Positions 57,998 through 64,000 of a DNA stretch of 64,000 bases are shown in pieces. The notes under the pieces are model-generated. The model saw only the letters and a program-made list of their open reading frames with translations. It was not told the DNA's origin and searched no databases. The position numbers and the translations under genes are program-made. The stretch comes from an uncultured delta proteobacterium (GTDB lineage: Bacteria > Desulfobacterota > Desulfobacteria > Desulfobacterales > QNYZ01): contig CAWJQU010000013.1 of assembly GCA_963845145.1 (NCBI GenBank), positions 32,001 to 96,000 on the forward strand, in the 5' to 3' direction. Numbering within the stretch: the stretch's first letter is position 1; every line of letters begins with the position of its first letter.

Positions 57998-58026
57998 TTG
58001 ACCTCAAATAAGGAAGACCCTATGAT
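57998..58026 (+). promoter_or_regulatory. Sigma70-type promoter
   Basis: TTGACC-17 nt-TATGAT upstream of the lytic transglycosylase gene. Confidence 0.55.
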
Positions 58027-58091
58027 CGTACAAGCGTCAGCCGCACCAATAAATATGGGTTCTGAAAATATATTTTTATCCGTTATGAGCC

Positions 58092-58739
58092 GTGAGTCAT
58101 TATATTCGTGTTAATAAAAAGAGTAACAATAGCCAATTGAGAGATCGGCCTCTTCAAATAATTATTCTGATAGGGGGCGTGCTTCTTCTTTTTATTATGG
58201 CAATGCCGACTGAGGCCGATATTTATAAATATCGCGACCAGAATGGCGTCGTCCATTTTACCAACACGCGCCCAAATAAACAGAAAAAATTTAAAGTCTA
58301 TATTAAAGAACGCCCCCAGAAAAAATACCGCCCCTTTTCCACGACTCAGTATGATGATATCATTAAAAAAGCAGCCAAACAGCATGGCCTGCTCTTCTCC
58401 CTGATAAAATCGGTGATCGCGGTTGAATCGAGTTTCAATCCCCAGGCGGTATCGCATAAAGGGGCGCGGGGATTGATGCAGATCATGCCGCAGAATTTTC
58501 GAACGTTGGCCATCACCAATCCGTTTGATCCCTACCAGAATATTATGGGCGGGAGCCTATACTTGAAACGGATGATGAAACGATTTGATGGACAATTGAC
58601 TTGGGCTCTGGCTGCATATAATGCCGGCCCTGAGGCGGTGGTTCGTCACAGTGGCATTCCACCTTATCAGGAGACACAAGAATATGTGAGACGTGTGTTA
58701 AAATCGTTAATACGCTATCAGAAATCGGGGAATGTATAA
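58092..58739 (+). CDS. Soluble lytic transglycosylase (SLT) with DUF4124-like N-terminal domain
   Basis: 'IYKYRDQNGVVHFTN'; 'VESSFNPQAVSHKGARGLMQIMP', 'ALAAYNAG', 'ETQEYV'; start uncertain. Confidence 0.88.
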   Translation: MSHYIRVNKKSNNSQLRDRPLQIIILIGGVLLLFIMAMPTEADIYKYRDQNGVVHFTNTRPNKQKKFKVYIKERPQKKYRPFSTTQYDDIIKKAAKQHGLLFSLIKSVIAVESSFNPQAVSHKGARGLMQIMPQNFRTLAITNPFDPYQNIMGGSLYLKRMMKRFDGQLTWALAAYNAGPEAVVRHSGIPPYQETQEYVRRVLKSLIRYQKSGNV

Positions 58740-58770
58740 TAATATTGACAATTTATCAAAGGAGATCTCC

Positions 58771-60795
58771 ATGACGTCGACCCATCACCTGTATCGTTCT
58801 TACCTTAACCCCTTACTCATTTCTTCGGATCGTTCTCTGCCGCGTGAAATTGCGATCATCGGTGCCGGTACTATCGGTCCGGATATCGGCTACTATCTGA
58901 AAAGCGCGTTACCCCAGATAACGCTTTATCTGGTGGATGTTGCTGAAAAGCCACTCCTCGCGGCGGAAAAAAGGATCGGTGGTTATCTTCAAAAGGCGAT
59001 TGATCGAAAGAAGATGACCCCGGCCGAGGCCGATCTAGTGGGCCAAAATATCACTTACACAACAACCTATGAAAAGATTAAAAATTGTGACCTCGTCATC
59101 GAGGCGGCCACCGAAAATATTCCTCTTAAACAAAAAATTTTCAGCGATATTGAAGCGCTGGTGGATAAAAAGGCTATTATAACTTCAAATACCAGCTCGA
59201 TTCCCGCCGATCGGCTGTTTAGCAACATGAAGTACCCGGGACGAACGACGGTTACTCATTTTTTTGCTCCGGCCTGGCGTAGCTTACCGGTGGAGGTGAT
59301 CGACTGGAAAGGTGGTAGCCAAGAAACGCTCGATTATCTATTCTGGTTTTTTGGCATAACCGGAAAGGTGCCGATAATTACCGATAATGCGATCTGTTTT
59401 GTGTTGGATCGGATCTTCGATAATTGGTGCAATGAGGCAGCCTATTTGCTTGAACATGCCACGGCCGCCCAGATCGATTCGGTGGCCAGTGAATTTGTTT
59501 TTGCGGGGCCCTTTTTTGTTTTAAACATGGCCCATGGTAATCCGATCATTGTGGAGACCAATACTCTTCAGATGGAAGAGGGGGCCCACTATTTACCGGC
59601 CGACATCTTTAATTCCGTCGATCGCTGGTTAACCCTTCGGCCTGGAAAATCGTGTGATGTTCCCGAAGAAACACGGTCGTTAATAAGGGATCGATTGCTA
59701 GGCATTCTTTTTTCCCAATCTTTTGATATCATCGACCGGAAAATCGGGACCCGGGCGGATCTCAATTTTGGCTGCCAGGTGGCGCTTGGTTTTAGAAATG
59801 GACCCATGGATATTATGCGGGAATTGGGGGCGTCTGAAGTCAACCGGATTATGTCCCGGTTCCAAAGTGAGCGACCGGGATTTCCAATGGCCCAAAACGC
59901 TTTTGACTTTTACCAGGAATTTAATCGCCATATACTGGTAGATAACAAAGACGGGGTTAAAGTGATCACCGTGCGGCGTCCCCAGGCAATGAACGCCTTA
60001 AACGATGAGGTCACGGATGAAATTCTCCATGTGTTGAAAAAACATGCCGACGATCCGGCGATAAAGGGTTTTATCATTACCGGGTATGGCACCAGTGCTT
60101 TTTCCGCCGGGGCCGATATCGGTAACTTTCCCAAAATGCTTGGCGACGCCGATGCCTCGGCCCAGTATGCCAAGGATTGTGCCAAGGTACAGGTCTTTAT
60201 GGATCAAATGCAGAAGCCCGTGGTGGCTGCCGTTAACGGCCTGGCCCTCGGCGGCGGCCTGGAGGTTGCCATTCGCTGTCATCGTATTGTTGCCGTGCGA
60301 AACGCCCGCTTTCAGTTTCCCGAAATAGCCCTGGGTATTTTGCCGGGAATCGGTGGTTGCATCGTACCGTACCGGAAATGGCCCCAAGGGGCGGCGATTT
60401 TTCATGAGATGATCTGTGCCGGACGCTCCATGACGGTTGAAGAGGCGGCGGATATCGGAATGGTTGACGCGATTGCCGATGATTATGCCGACCTGATTCG
60501 CGTTGCCCTTATTACCATCGAAAAGATGGCAGGGAATGTGTCGCTCCTGGCGGAAGGGTCCATAGAGATTCCGGCGGTTGACGTTTCCGAAAAACTTTTT
60601 ACCGGTAAGGCCCCATTGAGCCGGGAAGCGGTGGCTGTTGCAGCACGAACCATTGAAAAAGGGGCGGCAGCTGAAAGTCTCGAGGCCGCCTTGGAGATCG
60701 GATACGAAGGCTTTGCCGAAATTGCTTGTACGGATGCCGCTCGGGAAGGAATATCCGCATTTTTAGAAAAACGAAAACCGCAATTTACGAAGTAG
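58771..60795 (+). CDS. 3-hydroxyacyl-CoA dehydrogenase / enoyl-CoA hydratase fusion (dehydrogenase N-terminal)
   Basis: AAGGAG then ATG 58771; 'IGAGTIG', 'VIEAATEN', 'SNTSS', 'HFF'; crotonase 'NALN...FSAGADI...GGGLE...PEI.LG..PG.GG'. Confidence 0.9.
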   Translation: MTSTHHLYRSYLNPLLISSDRSLPREIAIIGAGTIGPDIGYYLKSALPQITLYLVDVAEKPLLAAEKRIGGYLQKAIDRKKMTPAEADLVGQNITYTTTYEKIKNCDLVIEAATENIPLKQKIFSDIEALVDKKAIITSNTSSIPADRLFSNMKYPGRTTVTHFFAPAWRSLPVEVIDWKGGSQETLDYLFWFFGITGKVPIITDNAICFVLDRIFDNWCNEAAYLLEHATAAQIDSVASEFVFAGPFFVLNMAHGNPIIVETNTLQMEEGAHYLPADIFNSVDRWLTLRPGKSCDVPEETRSLIRDRLLGILFSQSFDIIDRKIGTRADLNFGCQVALGFRNGPMDIMRELGASEVNRIMSRFQSERPGFPMAQNAFDFYQEFNRHILVDNKDGVKVITVRRPQAMNALNDEVTDEILHVLKKHADDPAIKGFIITGYGTSAFSAGADIGNFPKMLGDADASAQYAKDCAKVQVFMDQMQKPVVAAVNGLALGGGLEVAIRCHRIVAVRNARFQFPEIALGILPGIGGCIVPYRKWPQGAAIFHEMICAGRSMTVEEAADIGMVDAIADDYADLIRVALITIEKMAGNVSLLAEGSIEIPAVDVSEKLFTGKAPLSREAVAVAARTIEKGAAAESLEAALEIGYEGFAEIACTDAAREGISAFLEKRKPQFTK

Positions 60796-60824
60796 CGAAT
60801 GTATTGTCAGTATAGGCTATTGCG

Positions 60825-61847
60825 ATGAAACAACAACTGGAACGCTATTCACGGCAGGTTTTTTTTAGCGGGATTGGTGAAGCGGGGCAGAATCGGATCG
60901 CCGCTTCCGCCGTGCTGGTGGTTGGGTGCGGTGCACTGGGATCGAACATTGCCAATCTGTTGGTTCGGGCAGGCGTGGGAACCGTCAAAATTGTTGACCG
61001 CGATTTTGTTGAGTTAAGCAATTTGCAACGGCAGGTCTTGTTCGATGAGGCGGATGCCGAAGGGCGATTGCCCAAGGCCGTGGCTGCGGTGAAAAAACTC
61101 CAAGCCATTAATGCCAATGTTCAGGTGGAAGCGGTCATTCAGGACGTCAACGCACGAAATATTGAGGCGCTGGTGACCGGTGTCGATCTGGTTATGGATG
61201 CCACGGACAATATGGAAACGCGTTATCTGGTCAATGACACATGTGTCAAGCATGGGATTCCCTGGATTTACGGTGGCGTCATCGGCGCCACCGGTATGAC
61301 CATGGATATTATTCCCGGTCAAACGGCCTGTTTGCGCTGCCTGTCCGATATGCCGCCGGCGCCCGGTACCACACCAACTTGTGAAACCGAGGGGGTTCTC
61401 GGGGGAACACCTGCCATGATTGCCTCGATACAGGCCACGGAAGCCTTGAAGATTATGGTCGGACATAAACCTGTGGGTGGAAATTTGATCCATATCGACC
61501 TATGGGAAAATGAGTATAATCGGTTTCAAGTCAATGTCCACCCGGATTGCCCGACCTGTATGAAAAAACGGTTTGATTTTCTAAATGGCGAACAGGTTTC
61601 GGAAGCCTTTTCATTATGTGGGCGCAATGCCGTTCAGATTTCCGCCTCCAAGTCTGAGCCGTTGGACCTGGAACAACTAGGCATACGGCTGTCTGCACTT
61701 GGTGAGGTGGTCAATAATGGGTATTTTCTGACCTTTACCGTAGACGAATATGAACTTGTCATTTTCCCCGAGGGTCGGACCATCATCAAGGGAACTGCTG
61801 ATGAAGTCCTGGCACGCAGCCTTTTTGCCAGGTATGTGGGCAATTAG
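60825..61847 (+). CDS. ThiF/MoeB family adenylyltransferase
   Basis: 'RYSRQ', 'VGCGALG', 'DRDFVELSNLQRQ', 'DATDN', CxxC...CPTC. Confidence 0.92.
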   Translation: MKQQLERYSRQVFFSGIGEAGQNRIAASAVLVVGCGALGSNIANLLVRAGVGTVKIVDRDFVELSNLQRQVLFDEADAEGRLPKAVAAVKKLQAINANVQVEAVIQDVNARNIEALVTGVDLVMDATDNMETRYLVNDTCVKHGIPWIYGGVIGATGMTMDIIPGQTACLRCLSDMPPAPGTTPTCETEGVLGGTPAMIASIQATEALKIMVGHKPVGGNLIHIDLWENEYNRFQVNVHPDCPTCMKKRFDFLNGEQVSEAFSLCGRNAVQISASKSEPLDLEQLGIRLSALGEVVNNGYFLTFTVDEYELVIFPEGRTIIKGTADEVLARSLFARYVGN

Positions 61848-61895
61848 CCATCGTGATACTTGATATGTGGTACGATGAAAAAATAACGCAAAAAT

Positions 61896-62738
61896 ATGCC
61901 AAATTCGTCAACAGCGGCCAAATACGATCATCTCAAACATCTCGTTGCTGAATCTGAAAGCGCCGTGGTGGCCTTTTCCGGTGGGGTGGACAGTACTTTT
62001 TTATTGGCGGTTTGCAGAAATGTATTGGAAGATCGGGTGCTGGCCGTAACCGCCGCTTCTGAAATTATGCCGCACCATGAGCTTAGCCAGGCCCAGGATC
62101 TGGCCCGGCATTTAGGCGCTCGGCACTTGATCATTAATTCGAACGATTTGGAAACGGTGGGTGTTGCCGATAACTCTCCGGAGCGGTGCTATTTTTGTAA
62201 AAAGGAGCGGTTCATCCAGATCAAGCGGATTGCTCAAAAAGAAGGCCTCAAATGGGTATTTGACGGCAGCAACACCGACGATGCCAAAGATTTTCGACCG
62301 GGCCGAAAAGCCGTTCACGAACTGGGTATCCGCAGCCCGTTGTTGGAGGCAAACTTAGCCAAATCAGATATCCGCGCGCTTTCCAAATCCCTTGGGCTGG
62401 TGACCTGGGACCAGCCGTCCGCTGCCTGCCTGGCCAGCCGGATCCCCTACAACACCACGATCACTCGATCAGCCCTAATGCGAATTGAAAAGGCCGAGGC
62501 TGTTTTGCGACAATTGGGGATGCGCGTGTTCCGGGTTCGCCACTTTGGCTCCCTGGCCCGCCTGGAACTAGGCGATACGGAGATGCGTGACCTTTTCGAA
62601 AGGGATAATCGTCATCATATCGTCCAGGAACTCGAATCATTGGGGTACCAGACCGTAACCGTGGATTTGAAGGGCTACCGGATGGGTAGCCTCAATGAGG
62701 GTTTAGGCGACAAGGATGTGGCGGATTCAAGTGGCTGA
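61896..62738 (+). CDS. larE: ATP-dependent sulfur transferase LarE family
   Basis: PP-loop 'AFSGGVDS', 'RCYFCK', 'DGSN.DD..D.RPG', 'ACLASRIPY', 'RVRH', 'GYRMGSLN'. Confidence 0.88.
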   Translation: MPNSSTAAKYDHLKHLVAESESAVVAFSGGVDSTFLLAVCRNVLEDRVLAVTAASEIMPHHELSQAQDLARHLGARHLIINSNDLETVGVADNSPERCYFCKKERFIQIKRIAQKEGLKWVFDGSNTDDAKDFRPGRKAVHELGIRSPLLEANLAKSDIRALSKSLGLVTWDQPSAACLASRIPYNTTITRSALMRIEKAEAVLRQLGMRVFRVRHFGSLARLELGDTEMRDLFERDNRHHIVQELESLGYQTVTVDLKGYRMGSLNEGLGDKDVADSSG

Positions 62739-62879
62739 TGTACCAGACTACTTTCAATGCAATGATTGCAGTGGGGCCATCAAATGCTCGTTTAACTTGT
62801 TTTTTCCATCACCGGCGAGTTCATGTTTGACTTACGTTCCGAGCTTGTGTTAATTGATTGATAATCATAGGGAAAAACG

Positions 62880-63362
62880 ATGGAAGGTTCCTTGGAAAAA
62901 AAAGAACTGCACACTTTTTATGCCGATAAAGAAGGCATCGCGACGATCGTCTGTCCAGCCTGCGGATATGTCAAGACGGTCAATGCGTTCAAATCCGGGA
63001 TTGCCCGGAAAAAATTCAAAACAAGATGTAAATGTGACCACATCTTCAGATTTATTATTGAAATCCGTACCATCTACCGCAAGGAAGTCAACTTTACGGG
63101 GCAATGCGAACATGTTAGATTAAAAAAAAGAGAAGTCGTCCAGATCAAAGACCTTTCACAGAACGGTGTTGGATTCAAACACCCTGCCCCCTTTGGTATC
63201 ACCGTCGGCGACCGACTCAAGGTTGCTTTCAGACTTGATAATGCGATGAGTTCAAAAATCAGTCTGCTGGTTGAAGTCACACGCATTGACAACCAGTTTA
63301 TCGGCGCCCGATTTATCGGGCCGAAACCCGACCCAGCCTTGGGCTTTTACCTTCAAAGCTAA
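62880..63362 (+). CDS. Zinc-ribbon plus PilZ-domain protein
   Basis: CPAC...CKC; PilZ motifs 'RTIYR' and 'DLSQNG'. Confidence 0.8.
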   Translation: MEGSLEKKELHTFYADKEGIATIVCPACGYVKTVNAFKSGIARKKFKTRCKCDHIFRFIIEIRTIYRKEVNFTGQCEHVRLKKREVVQIKDLSQNGVGFKHPAPFGITVGDRLKVAFRLDNAMSSKISLLVEVTRIDNQFIGARFIGPKPDPALGFYLQS

Positions 63363-63622
63363 ACAAAAATAGCTGCATAGTCGTCGCTGCACAATAGCCG
63401 TTGAATAGTTAGGCCTGTTTCTTCAGCGCCCCTTCGCATTATGGTTCAGCGGGCGATACCTACGCGCCGGGCTTTTAGGTTTCGCGGGAAAACACTTTAA
63501 GCTCATTACTATACAAAAAAACAAAAAAAAGTAATAAAATATATTTGACATGGCTCGTGTTATGATTAGATTCCCGGCAGTAGATAACTGAATAAATAAC
63601 GGTATTATTTCAGGAGATAAGG

Positions 63623-64000
63623 ATGCGATTTGACAAATTTACCATTAAATCTCAAGAGCTGATTCAAAACGCCCAGGCATTGGCTACCCGGCATCATCAC
63701 CAGCAACTGGAACCGATTCACTTGCTGGCGGCCATGTTGTCCGAGAAAGAAAACGCCGAGAAAAACAACGTGGTACGCTCCATGTTTCGAAAACTCGGTG
63801 TTTCGCCAGGCGCCCTTGGCCCTGATATTGAGACGGCCATGGAAAGATTACCCCGGGTGAGCGGTGTTGGGGAGGTCTATCTTTCCGCGAAGACCAAGGC
63901 GGTACTGGAATCCGCTTTTGAAGAAGCCGCCCGATTGAAAGACGAATATGTGAGCGTTGAACATATTTTGTTGTCGCTGGCCGACGCCCAGGCAGGGGAT
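63623..64000 (+). CDS. clpB: ATP-dependent chaperone ClpB, 5' partial
   Basis: AGGAG then ATG 63623: MRFDKFTIKSQELIQNAQALA...QQLEPIHLLAAML...LKDEYVSVEHILL; runs off the window, not in the ORF track. Confidence 0.88.
   Translation, partial: MRFDKFTIKSQELIQNAQALATRHHHQQLEPIHLLAAMLSEKENAEKNNVVRSMFRKLGVSPGALGPDIETAMERLPRVSGVGEVYLSAKTKAVLESAFEEAARLKDEYVSVEHILLSLADAQAGD

Noticed and set aside
63363..63622. CIRCE heat-shock operator upstream of clpB
   Set aside because: No TTAGCACTC-N9-GAGTGCTAA match; only a TTGACA box at 63545.
1..64000. CRISPR array, tRNA/rRNA, prophage, transposase or defence island
   Set aside because: No spaced repeats, RNA-gene signatures, or integrase, phage or nuclease motifs were recognised by eye.

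Overview
Chromosomal segment of an anaerobic bacterium; gene content (Sec-containing HdrA/MvhD, MetV-MetF, AOR, sigma-54 regulation) suggests Desulfobacterota, which is an inference. (1) About 5-22 kb, with fatty-acid genes adjoining to 28 kb, is a candidate neutral-lipid (wax-ester-like) inclusion system. It has a WS/DGAT acyltransferase, two tandem proteins with an acyl-ACP-reductase-like C-terminal domain (one keeps the catalytic Cys, one has Gly), two iron ADHs linked to SCP2 lipid-carrier domains (one fused, one split), an aldehyde:ferredoxin oxidoreductase, patatin and alpha/beta lipases, a PhaR-like regulator, a phasin-like protein with five 22-residue amphipathic repeats, and a shared AYGCA-N-TGCGT operator, but no PHA synthase. 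(2) About 33-48 kb holds a sigma-54-controlled metF'-hdrA(L)-mvhD-metV-metF-RR-hdrD-like-aroE-like operon with its activator, enhancer palindromes and neighbouring kinases. (3) Four genes are split by in-frame TGA codons at conserved Cys positions, each followed by a SECIS-like hairpin with a GGY loop, so they are probably selenoproteins. Also present are a ~170-bp MITE-like element, a degenerate-GGDEF/REC/HD-GYP protein, an atypical DisA_N protein, murJ, larE and the 5' part of clpB. Seven genes carry 1-2 nt frameshifts that are probably sequencing indels. No rRNA, tRNA, CRISPR or transposase was recognised.
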